DNA from: Octopus bimaculoides
Taxonomy: Eukaryota
Direction: 5' to 3'
Assembly (NCBI RefSeq): GCF_001194135.2
Contig: NC_068987.1
Location: 36,013,400-36,077,399, forward strand
DNA length: 64,000 nucleotides
A model generated the notes under the pieces. The model saw only the letters and a program-made list of their open reading frames with translations. It was not told the origin of the DNA and searched no databases. A program made the translations under genes and the position numbers. Below, in pieces: positions 38,286 to 49,631 of the stretch (position 1 is its first letter; every line of letters begins with the position of its first letter).

Positions 38286-39516
38286 CTCGTATGTATGTAT
38301 GTATGCATTCCGTATGTATGCATGTATGCATTATGTATGCATGTATGTATGTATGTGTGTGTGTATGTATATAAAAAGTTGGCTCTGATAACAACAATTA
38401 GTGCAAGAAAAACGTTCAAATATATTGTATACTAAGTATAAGGAATAACGTATTTCAGAAAGCAACTAGATATTATATTTTTTTAATGAAATTATAATTT
38501 AAATTAAATGTACGTATATAAGTATGTAAGTGTACAAGTTATGAGGAAGTTAAGAATTAGATCTGATAAAGAAAAAAATAACTGAGAATATTGTACTTTT
38601 GAAATAGAACACAAAATGGATGAGTGTGCTTCTCATGCGATAAAAGTCGTAGATTTGTAGTTGGTGGCAAAATATTACATGACTAGTATTCAGAGATATT
38701 TAGCCGATGATGTTGAAGCTTTTAAATCAAACGAAGCACCTGCTATTTTATTATGAATCTTATTCTTCTAAGTCTTCAATAGAGTTGCCAATTGTAAGTC
38801 CCTAGATTGCTAATATTTTTTTATTCCAAATTATAGTGGATACACAAACACACACATACCTCCCTCCGACCATATTTGTGTGTGCGTTTGTATGTATTTA
38901 TATATGTATTCATACCAGTTCCACCTCCGCTACTTACGATGAAGGTCGGGAACGGGATTCTTCTAGTAGATTATAAAAGCCCTTGGAATTGATGTTCATG
39001 TATTGCGAAGGGAGTTTTATACCAAAATGTGTGGCACTTCCTAAACTTTTTGGTGTTTTTATACTGTCGGCACTTCCCAAGGTTTAGTGACGTTGTGTTT
39101 CTGAGCTCTTCTACTATCTCCATCAAAAACTTCCATGTTATTTTGTCTTAAAATGTACATAATGTTACCCGTATGGGTGTCTACTCTATCTGCAGATTTA
39201 TGAAATTTAGCAGATGAACCAGGTGCATTTAGTACGGTGCGCTTCCTGTTGGCTACTTCTAAGGATGATGGGATCTATAGACTGGTATTAGTACTATTCG
39301 TCTGGTTATTTGAGAAAGTAGACTTCTTCAGTCCGAATGGATATATTCTCAACCATGATTTCATAATTGAAAGAAGTGGGTTCTCATATAGTAGGACACT
39401 TAAACTTCCTTAGCCACATATAAAGGGAATATTCTCCAAATTTGATCATATTTTGTAACATCTTAATTGAGGAAGAGTTTGCATAAGAAATAAAATTCCC
39501 TTTTATCTATTGGGTA

Positions 39517-39557
<41 letters not shown>

Positions 39558-39621
39558 TTTTTTTCTTAAAGCTACAAAATCATATTTGATAAAGAAGCAT
39601 ATTAGTCTACCTTCGATATTC

Positions 39622-39836
39622 GAGGAGTTGCTCTGTGGTAAGTACCTTGCTTGTCAACCACCTGGGTCCGGGTTCAGTCCCACTGCATGTCACCTTGGGC
39701 TAGTGTCTTCAACTACAGCCTCGAGCCAACCAAAGCCTTGTGAGTGGAGTTGGTAGACGGGAACTGAAAGAAGCCCGTCGTATCTATATATCAATATATA
39801 TCAATATCAATATGTGTGTGTGTGTGTGTGCGTGTG

Positions 39837-39871
<35 letters not shown>

Positions 39872-40115
39872 ATGTGTAAGTATGTATGTATGTATTATGT
39901 GCGTGTGTTTGTGTGTTTTTGTGTCTGTGTTTGTCGCCCCAACCCAACATCAATGCTGGTGTGTTTACGTCCCCGTACCCCAGCGGTTCAGCAAAAGGAC
40001 CCGATGGAATAAGTAGTAGGCTTAGGAAGAATACGTCTTCGTGTTGATTTGCTCCACTAAAGCGGGTGCTAGACTAAGGCTGCAGTCAAATGACCGAAAC
40101 TTGTTAAAGAATAAA
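39622..40115 (+). mobile_element. SINE family B (tRNA-like head, internal TG microsatellite, conserved tail)
   Basis: Head ...gggttcagtcccactgc...gtagacgggaactgaaagaagcccgtcg, (TG)n, tail gcggttcagcaaaaggacccgatggaataagta...gcagtcaaatgaccgaaac. Confidence 0.85.
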
Positions 40116-41554
40116 AGAATATACATTTTTGTCTCTCTTTGCACCGGTATGAGTATACTTATTTAGTTTTGTACGGTATTCTTTCTTTCATGTACACACT
40201 CAAATAAAACAACTTGCAAAACCGATAGAATAACTACATCCATGTATACTATTTCGCATGTATACTATGCCCTCTACAAATGTATTAGTATACACTAATT
40301 TGTTTCCCTTATACGATCTTTTATATTACATTATATGACAATTAATTTGTATATTCTGTATACGTATGTGCATCCTCTACTCTATAAAATATCTTTTTCT
40401 CATATTCATAATGCACAAGAACCTTCAATTACTTGAACACTTATTGCTTATAAAATGTTAGTATATTCTTCCCTCTCACTTTATGCCAACCTAGCTTCTT
40501 AACTCACATTTTTATTTATACATAAACATAGTCAACCTATTACATATCGAAAATTATAATTTTAAAATTTTCCATTTTCCTAGCTATATTATCTCCCTTA
40601 CATTGTTATTTTAAGTTTTACTACATCTAATTAAACATCTGAACGTTTTTTAAATATCTATTGCTACATTTACTATCTTAATTCTGTAATACTAACAACT
40701 AATTTCCTTTTTTTTTACCTTATATTTAATGCACACAAACGAATATTAATTCTTACACTAACACAACTCCATTTTATGTAGGTCTTTAAACATTTCTACT
40801 CCTAACTCTTGCTTTCGTTGCATTCTAACAGCCTCCTATGTACTAGGTTCACTAGCTTAATTTCATTCTCATACATAATTTTTTAAATACACACCATACC
40901 TAATATTGTCTATAGGCGTCAAGTCATATCCTAATTCAAACATAACTATGCTTTTCCATTGGACATTTCTATAAAGCTTCCTCTCATAAATGACTTACTT
41001 GGAGTTTGAATTACTTATCTACTTACTCTTCTATACAGGGGACATCTATCAAAACCTTTTTCACTTATATTTTCAAATGACCGTTAGTTGCCTTAGTTTT
41101 AGTTTATACGCAACTAGACTCACATCCTTTATTACGATGATCACAATTTTCATAAGGATTAATATGTATATTACATGTCCTCTATAATAATATTTTTTTT
41201 GTTTCTACTTCTTGCACTGAGGAGAACAGTGATATGTAATTAATTTGATTTAATCAAATTAATTTAATTATTCTACCATGAATTTACACGTTTTAATATC
41301 GCTATTGAAACGATCGCATGCATGTATTAAAATTCTTTCGAATTCAGTCATCTTCTCTTCTCCATTTTTAACAAATTTGTTGAGTTCTCTGCGATACCTT
41401 TCCATAAAGTATCATAACGCACCATATGCAAGTATTATTTTCATATTCTCAAACTTACGCCAGTAAGCTACCAGCAAAATATGAAGAATCTTTATTAGAA
41501 ATCGCTTTATGGAACCCTCCAAATTAAAAAATGAAATAGAATTCAACCTTTTCA

Positions 41555-41602
<48 letters not shown>

Positions 41603-41821
41603 NNNNNNNNNNNNNNNNNNNNNNNNNNNNNNNNNNNNNNNNNNNNNNNNNNNNNNNNNNNNNNNNNNNNNNNNNNNNNNNNNNNNNNNNNNNNNNNNNN
41701 NNNNNNNNNNNNNNNNNNNNNNNNNNNNNNNNNNNNNNNNNNNNNNNNNNNNNNNNNNNNNNNNNNNNNNNNNNNNNNNNNNNNNNNNNNNNNNNNNNNN
41801 NNNNNNNNNNNNNNNNGTTTG

Positions 41822-41952
41822 TATTTGCCAAGGGAAGTTATCCTTCCCATCTTGATCTACGATACGTACGTACTCGAGTTTCAGGGTTATTTCCCTTCTT
41901 CAGCGTACGACAATCGCCGACCTTCGATGCAAAAGACATCCCTTGGCAAATA
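41822..41952 (-). mobile_element. 131-nt mini-element with 14-bp terminal inverted repeats enclosing a hammerhead ribozyme
   Basis: TATTTGCCAAGGGA (41822-35) and TCCCTTGGCAAATA (41939-52); two 43-nt arms pair along most of their length on the minus strand. Confidence 0.75.
41865..41909 (-). ncRNA. Intact canonical type I hammerhead ribozyme
   Basis: CGUACG-CUGAAGA-AGGG(AAAUAA)CCCU-GAAA-CUCGAGU-A-CGUACG: all core nucleotides present, 6-bp stem I, 4-bp stem II, palindromic stem III, GUA cleavage triplet (cut after 41871). Confidence 0.88.
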
Positions 41953-41978
41953 TATATAAGTCCTCCTGGGGCTAAAAG

Positions 41979-42016
41979 CAACAGTAACATCCACCCCTCG
42001 GTGGATGTTACTGTTG
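41979..42016. repeat. Perfect 16-bp inverted repeat with a 6-nt loop
   Basis: caacagtaacatccac-ccctcg-gtggatgttactgttg. Confidence 0.95.
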
Positions 42017-42019
42017 AAT

Positions 42020-42225
42020 CCAGATGGAATCCAGTGGAATCCAAATGGATATAGAAAGAGGAGTAGGCCTAAGAACTCGTGGCGTAGATCAACACAAAAG
42101 GAACTAGAGAAAGGAGGACATTCATGGCAGAGTATAAGTACAGAAGCGAGAAATTATGTGACATGGAATTCAATTATAAGTGGCTTATACTCCACGTTAG
42201 AGGGTTAAAGGCAAGAAAGAAAGAA
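42020..42225 (+). mobile_element. RTE LINE 3' fragment
   Basis: IQWNPNGYRKRSRPKNSWRRSTQKELEKGGHSWQSI...WNSIISGLYS, typical of the RTE C-terminus. Confidence 0.8.
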
Positions 42226-42234
42226 GGCTTCTGA

Positions 42235-42570
42235 CTTATGCTGTCCGTCTACAACATAAATCACGCTTGTATCTCATAACAACAATACGACATTAATGTC
42301 CACGCTCTCTTGAACATTACACCAAAACACATTAAAACAGTAACAGACCCCATAAGGTTCAAGAAATCTTCGGAAAAACTCCTTCAAGAAATCCTAGATA
42401 AAGTTCCTACACCAGGATATGCCTCCGCAAGCAGTAACCCTCTGCTTGAGTGGGCCATGGTATCCGAATCCTGATTTGAATGACTTCACCAGGCACCAGG
42501 TGGTGCTGCTATGTTAGACATAGCCTGGGCCAATACTGGCCGAAACCTATCAAAGTATCATAGGTATATA
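42235..42570 (+). mobile_element. CR1/L2-group LINE 3' fragment
   Basis: PKHIKTVTDPIRFKKSSEKLLQEILDKVPTPGYASASSNPLLEW followed by a short 3' tail. Confidence 0.65.
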
Positions 42571-43124
42571 TAACAGGGGTTTTTATGATAGTATATAGAG
42601 AAATATATTATTCAAAGGAATTCCAAATCTGTCTGTTATTTAATGTTTAATTTATATTCTTATAATATTAATGTAGGATATAGAATATATAATGTATTCA
42701 GTACAATGAAATGACGTATTGATTGTCTTACTGAATAAATGAAATATTGACTATTGAATATTAAATATTAAGTATTGAATATTAAGGGACTAGTATACTT
42801 TCTTGCATTTTAGCAGTCTTCAAGGTCCCATGCTATGGCAGGACTGTTGACAAACACATATCTAACTCTATAACAGTACAATATAAAAGATTCTGAATGT
42901 ATATGTATATGTGTGTGTCTGCCTCTCCGTCTATGTTTATGTATTTTTGACAGGAAGCCCTAGGTTTCAAATTATTTCTGAACTATAGTATATTCATTGA
43001 TCCAAATTACATCACACGTCTAAGTTGTACTTGCAGTTGCACTTTAACCGCATTATTAGCCAATGGCATACATTTACATGTTCGTTTCATTGTACTCACT
43101 TTCAAAGGCGATATTAATAACCCT

Positions 43125-43360
43125 CTTGTTTTATAAACTAGATCTATGACAAGTTGAGAGTGCTGATTTGGAAGACGGAAACTGAAAGAAGCCAGCGTAT
43201 ATATGCATATATGTATATGTGTGTGGGTGTGTAGGTGTGTGTCTTTGTACCTGTGTTCACCCACCCCTACCACCGCTTGACAACCGCTTGTAGTGTTTTC
43301 GCTTCCATAACACAGCGATTCGGCAAAAGACCCATAGAATAAGTACAAGGCTTTAAACAT
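43125..43360 (+). mobile_element. SINE family B, 5'-truncated
   Basis: gatttggaagacggaaactgaaagaagcc...ttcggcaaaagacccatagaataagtac. Confidence 0.75.
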
Positions 43361-43474
43361 ATGCGTATTGAGACTGATGCATTCGACGAGAATTCTTCAA
43401 GGCGGTACCCTAACACGCCTGCAGACTTATCACTAAAACAAGTAGAAGATAACACGGAAAAGATAAAAGATGTG

Positions 43475-43510
<36 letters not shown>

Positions 43511-44039
43511 TGGCTGGGTCTGTGTGTGTGTGTGTGTGTGTGTCTGTGTGTGTGAGAGAGTCTGTGTGAGTCTGTGTGATTCTGTGTGTGTGTAATGTAT
43601 GTATGAAATAAAATATCAGTATGTGACGTTTAAATTTTGATAAAAGATTTATATCCTATCAAATTTACTTCTAAACTCCTGAGACATACGTATATATCAA
43701 TTACGCTAGAAACAGCTGCCTGAAATGTCAGCAAATTAGTATATATACTTTCAGGTACCACATTACAGCATCACTATATAAAATAATATTTGCAGGAAAT
43801 ATTGCGCTGTCAGAAGATGTGTTAAAATAGCAATGCAGCTGAACGTAAGTTCAGTTTTTATAGACACTACATATTCATGAATGCTATTAAACTTTCTAGA
43901 AAATATGTAAGATAGAATGATTCTAGAAATATCAAATAGAATGGAACTTAACTGTATATTGCTGGAGATTATTTTCCTTCAAGAGATGTAAGACAATATC
44001 AATATTCACGTGTAAATATATTATCTCATGCATTTTACT

Positions 44040-44235
44040 TGTTACAGGCATCCGGCTGCAACCTTGCTGGTACATCGCATTTTAGAATCTTACTCGAACA
44101 AACTGACAGCAGCGCTTTATATTTTAAAGCCTGATGCCTATCTTGTCTGTCTCTTTAGTTAAACTGATAAATTACAGGGGTTAAATCCACCTACACCAGT
44201 TGTCAGGTGGTGGACGAACACAAACACAAAGATAT
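44040..44235 (-). mobile_element. SINE family B tail, diverged
   Basis: Reverse complement resembles the family B 3' part. Confidence 0.5.
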
Positions 44236-44239
44236 ACAA

Positions 44240-44520
44240 CTTTGTGTGGTAAGAAACAAGCTTCTAATCACATTGTTCTCGGATCAGTCCCACTGCTGGG
44301 CAGTTTGGGAAAATGTCTTCTACCATAGTCTCGGGCTGACCAAAGCCATGTGAGTGGATCACGCAGACAGAAAGAGAAAAAAAACCGTCTTTCATATATA
44401 TGAATATGTATGTGTGCGTGTGTGCGTGTATGTGTGTTTGTGTGTGTGTCCGTGTGTGTGTCTTTGTGTGTCCTCGTTCGCCCCCACTACCGATTGACAA
44501 CTGGTTTTCAAGTGTTTATC
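44240..44520 (+). mobile_element. SINE family B 5' and middle part
   Basis: tgtgtggtaag...tcagtcccactgc...cgggctgaccaaagccatgtgagtgga, then (TG)n. Confidence 0.75.
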
Positions 44521-44845
44521 GAAGCAACGACAGATCCTCAACATACAATGGGAAGTTCACGTTACCAACAACGAGGTTCTTCGCCGCACCTCACTACCAA
44601 GAGTCGAAGCCACCATTCTACGCCATCGTCTCCATTGGGCGGTACCCTCTCATCTCCCAAGGATTATGCTCTATGGTCAAATTGCAATCGGCACGAGACC
44701 CAGAGGAGGTCGGAAATTCCGTTTTAAAGACTTACTCAAACGAAATTTGGCTCAAGATAACATCCAACCATCCTCATGGAAAGAGATTGCCCTGGAGGAA
44801 TGCTATCCACAATGGAGACAGCATCTTCTAGCAGAACAGACGAAT
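44520..44845 (+). mobile_element. RTE (BovB-like) LINE 3' fragment
   Basis: ILNIQWEVHVTNNEVLRRT...LPRIMLYGQIAIGTRPRGGRKFRFKDLLKRNL...SSWKEIA. Confidence 0.85.
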
Positions 44846-45702
44846 ATATATANNNNNNNNNNNNNNNNNNNNNNNNNNNNNNNNNNNNNNNNNNNNNNNN
44901 NNNNNNNNNNNNNNNNNNNNNNNNNNNNNNNNNNNNNNNNNNNNNNNNNNNNNNNNNNNNNNNNNNNNNNNNNNNNNNNNNNNNNNNNNNNNNNNNNNNN
45001 NNNNNNNNNNNNNNNNNNNNNNNNNNNNNNNNNNNNNNNNNNNNNNNNNNNNNNNNNNNNNNNNNNNNNNNNNNNNNNNNNNNNNNNNNNNNNNNNNNNN
45101 NNNNNNNNNNNNNNNNNNNNNNNNNNNNNNNNNNNNNNNNNNNNNNNNNNNNNNNNNNNNNNNNNNNNNNNNNNNNNNNNNNNNNNNNNNNNNNNNNNNN
45201 NNNNNNNNNNNNNNNNNNNNNNNNNNNNNNNNNNNNNNNNNNNNNNNNNNNNNNNNNNNNNNNNNNNNNNNNNNNNNNNNNNNNNNNNNNNNNNNNNNNN
45301 NNNNNNNNNNNNNNNNNNNNNNNNNNNNNNNNNNNNNNNNNNNNNNNNNNNNNNNNNNNNNNNNNNNNNNNNNNNNNNNNNNNNNNNNNNNNNNNNNNNN
45401 NNNNNNNNNNNNNNNNNNNNNNNNNNNNNNNNNNNNNNNNNNNNNNNNNNNNNNNNNNNNNNNNNNNNGTCAGCAGTGTCCCCCTGCTGGTTTGGCATCT
45501 GCAGACTAGCTTCAGGGTGTTGCCCCTTGTCAATGCAGAGCAGCCAAGCCCTAGCCAGGCGGCGCTGCTGACTATCTGCTCGAAGGTTATTTATCTAATT
45601 TCAGTGGAATCTATCCACTGGTTTTCAGAAATAGAGTTATTAATATTTCTAAGTCTCTCTAAAGGAGACTACGGCAGCGGTACTGGAAATTAATAGTTAT
45701 CG

Positions 45703-45741
<39 letters not shown>

Positions 45742-46217
45742 TAATAAACATCCAACCCAATACTTGTTCATAAACAGATTTTTCCCATGGGATGTTACTA
45801 TTGATACCAGTTGTATATACATTAACTTCCTTTCTTTAAAATCAGTCCAACTTAAAAATAAACAGATAAATTATGGTGAACCCCATCAGCAAAAATGATG
45901 AGATAAACCATAAACATTTCACATATGTACTGAACTCATATTGCGCGAGGAACAGAAACGGATGGCTGTTTGTCGGATAGAGATATAAAGACAATTTCTG
46001 TTAGCTGAATAAATAAATGGGCTAGTGGAAAGAGTAGAATAGCAAGCAGCTATATATAAAGAAGGATGCGTATACTGAATATTTGTGAACATTTTTTGAT
46101 ATCGGAGAAACAGTGAAGATCGAAATATGATCCAGAAAATATCACAAATTTGAAAAGGAAGAAGGTAAGGGAGAAGATTGCAACGGAAAAAGAGATTGTA
46201 AAAGATCAGGAGAAAGC

Positions 46218-46460
46218 TAGACGTTGGTTTAATCGCTCTTCATCAAACTCAACTGGACGGCCAGAACGAGGAGCGTCTTTGAGGTCAAAATTTCCATTTT
46301 TGAACTTGGCATACCAATCATGAGCGATTCTCTCAGCTATGGCACCCTCTCCATACACAGCACGAATGTCTCGAGCAGTTTTTGCGCCTTTAGAACCTTG
46401 ATTAAAAGCAAAAAGAAGGAGGTGTCGAAAATGCTCGTTTACTTAACTTGACATTCCCTT
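46218..46460 (-). mobile_element. Mariner transposase N-terminal fragment
   Basis: NEHFRHLLLFAFNQGSKGAKTARDIRAVYGEGAIAERIAHDWYAKFKNGNFDLKDAPRSGRPVEFDEE. Confidence 0.9.
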
Positions 46461-47691
46461 TTAATGATCTGGAAATAAACAAAAATTAACTAAAATTAAG
46501 TAGAAAAAAAACAAACAAAATACATTCCAAAATGATTCTAAAATAGATTCCAAAATAGAGTCAAAAATAGAATTCTCGGAAAAAATAGAATCCAAAATTT
46601 GAAAACGCATAGCTGTTTCTGGGATAACACAAATGATGTGTTAGCATGCACGTGCACTGGGTATAATGTCATAAGAGACAAAGTATGGATATTTTAGACG
46701 GGGAAAATGTTCTGTTTACTAGTACTATAATTCACAATTTATAAGGAATAAGATAGAAGAATAAAGCAGTATAACAGAAGAATAAATAGTAAAAGTAGTT
46801 AGAAGAATATAGGCAGGAGAATAATGTCCACAACTCATCTTTTTCCAGATGATATAGATGTTGGTTGATACTTCCATGAAGGTACAGGTTCTTAGTTAAA
46901 ATCCCAGGTAAATCCAAGCAATACGTTTGCAGTGCTCTGAAGGATGTATTCTTAATGTAAATGAGTATATATAGAGAGAAAGCATGATGGACTTAGATGG
47001 GGTTTTTTGAGTGAGTGTATGAAAAAGAGAGACAGAAAGGAGAAAGGTAAAGAACAAGAGAGAGAGAAAGGAGAGATAGAAGATAGCATTAGAAAATAAG
47101 ATAGTGGTAAAGGGGCAAAATAAGAATAAAATAAAAATAATAAGTAATAAAAATATAAATGAAAACAATGATAATGAAAACAACAGAATAAAAGATGAGG
47201 TAATGACATATCCTAAAAATAAAATAAGATAGAGATAACAGGTTAAAGAATAATAAAATCAAAATAAATGGAAGTAAAGGTAACGATATAGATATGTCAG
47301 TATTGTATAGAAGTTAAGGGTCAAGCGTTAAAGTTTCAGAAGAATGCGGGTGGAAGGCCAATCAAGGTAAGATTTTATAAGGACAATAGTTTAGTGCAGA
47401 TATTTAAATTTGCATTTCAAGCTTCGTAGCCATTAAACGATGCGAGATAAAGTATTGAGAATTAAACTTCAAATTCAAAATTAAAAATTTAAATTTAAAT
47501 TTAAAATTTAAACCCTAAAGTTAAAATTACAAACTAAGTAAACTAGAGTAAAAAAAAAATCTATAAAAATTTTAAATTATTGAATTGAAATTAGCTAGTT
47601 TCTTAGATAGTTATGTTAATAGAACAGTAGGAGGAAAAAGAAGTGTGTACGCATATATATTTATACATGTATACACATACACAAACATATA

Positions 47692-47760
<69 letters not shown>
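47692..47760. repeat. (TAG)n microsatellite
   Basis: Direct run, about 23 units. Confidence 0.97.
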
Positions 47761-47762
<2 letters not shown>

Positions 47763-49569
47763 ACACTACCGATTATAGTAGCGGTGGTATCGGTCGTATT
47801 AGTGTTATTGATATTAGTATTAGGGGTGGTACTATTATTATCACTCACCTCAGTTCCACTTGTAACTTCATGGGAAGCGGGGATACTTTAGTGTTTTCGG
47901 AGCTTTGATCTATGTTATGAGTATGTATATTTAGGTACTAGGAATTAAGTTTACGTTTATTGGAAGAGGTAATATATTCATTTATGTAACGCTGATGATT
48001 CAACTTTCTGTAGCTTGGATATCGCTCGTATTGATGATCCTTCAATCTGTATGACGATAAAATGATTTTTAAAATGTCATTACATCTCGGCACTGGTTGG
48101 TAGTTACCAGGTGACCAACTTCCGTTTTTTTCTGTTGTCATTAGTGGGACGTGAAGGGAGCTAAGTTCCTGTGGATGATTAATGTGTTGCCACTTCCCCA
48201 TTTGTCGATGTTTGCTGATCATTCTGATGTGAATTCTGAGGGATCCAATGCGATTTTGTTAGAAATCTTTTTAGCAAATGTCATTGACATTTACTTTGAA
48301 AGGAGCAAACTTTCTTCCTTTGAGGACATTTTTTTTTTAATATTGGAAACAATATATATATATATCTTTACATCACAAAATATGTATGTCTCCTCTGATT
48401 TTGGGTGCTGTGATGTACAGTGCTCATTGGTACATTTGCTTTCAACTCCACAGATCAAGAGTTTAGAAAATATTGTGAAAGCGAGGTTTTGTATGAGTAT
48501 GTGCTCTGGTTGACTCTAATATGAAAGATATTATTTTTTGTGTCCATTACCATTTATTTGAATAACATATTTGAAAATGAAAGTAGCATTAAAAAAAAGT
48601 TTTGTAAAACGAGTTTTCCTTTACAGAACATGAATCACATAATGGTTGGCAATGAATATTTCTTTGAAATCACTAAAAGAACGACTATTAGAACATCAGG
48701 AACATATTTGTGATTGTGATGATGGAACCAATATCTTAGATACAAAAACTCTTCCACGAAAACGTTGGCCACAGAGAGAATACTGTTCAAGCAGTGTTAA
48801 TCACGACGTGTTATAGAAATATATTTTGAAATTATAGTGCTTTCACTCTACTAGAATTTACTTAAAATATGTCTTTTATTTTTTATTTATCACTTCTAAA
48901 TTTTTATGACTTATTTTCATATTCCCAGTGATCATAAACTTTCATTAACACTACAAATATCATTTAAAATTATTTCACTCAATATTTTGATATTTTTAGC
49001 ACTATTATAACCAGGTGAGTCCTAAATCTCCCCTCACCTCTAGTCGTATCACGCTCAAGTAATTCGACGTCTTTATAACCATCCTAACCCCTTTTCTCCT
49101 ACCCTTGACATCTAAGATCTACGGCCACTGCTGGTGGTCAGCAATAGGACGAAAAAATCAGACGTCTGCTACTTCTCTTCTGTCTATGTGTATACATCCC
49201 CTAAACTCTTTCGACAAACATACGCTCACTCGACGAACAATTATATATCTAGTCTGTTACATATACCATTCGGTCTTTCCTTCACACTTTAGTAAAATAT
49301 TCCGACTCAATCCTTGACGGTATCGGTATGTTTTTCATAGAATAATCGATGGGGTAGGCGTCCATATTCAATTCTTCTATGGGGCAGAGTCCTCAACCGG
49401 TTACTGCTGATCTTCCAAAAGTAAGCCGTACTAGCACTTATGGAAAAAAACCTTCGTACGGGAGGTAACTATTTGGCAGGAATGGCAACAAAAGAAAGAA
49501 AGAGACCTCGATATTATGCAAATAGAGGAATGTATCTGTAAAATTATGTGACACTTATTCAGTAGCCAA

Positions 49570-49631
49570 GATAAAACTCCGAGTTTCCGATGCCCGGGCG
49601 GTGTTCCGCTCCAATCATCTCTTCAGTTATC
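49570..49631 (-). ncRNA. Hammerhead ribozyme in the inverted (left) pseudo-LTR
   Basis: Reverse-complement copy of the 51760-51821 motif. Confidence 0.7.
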
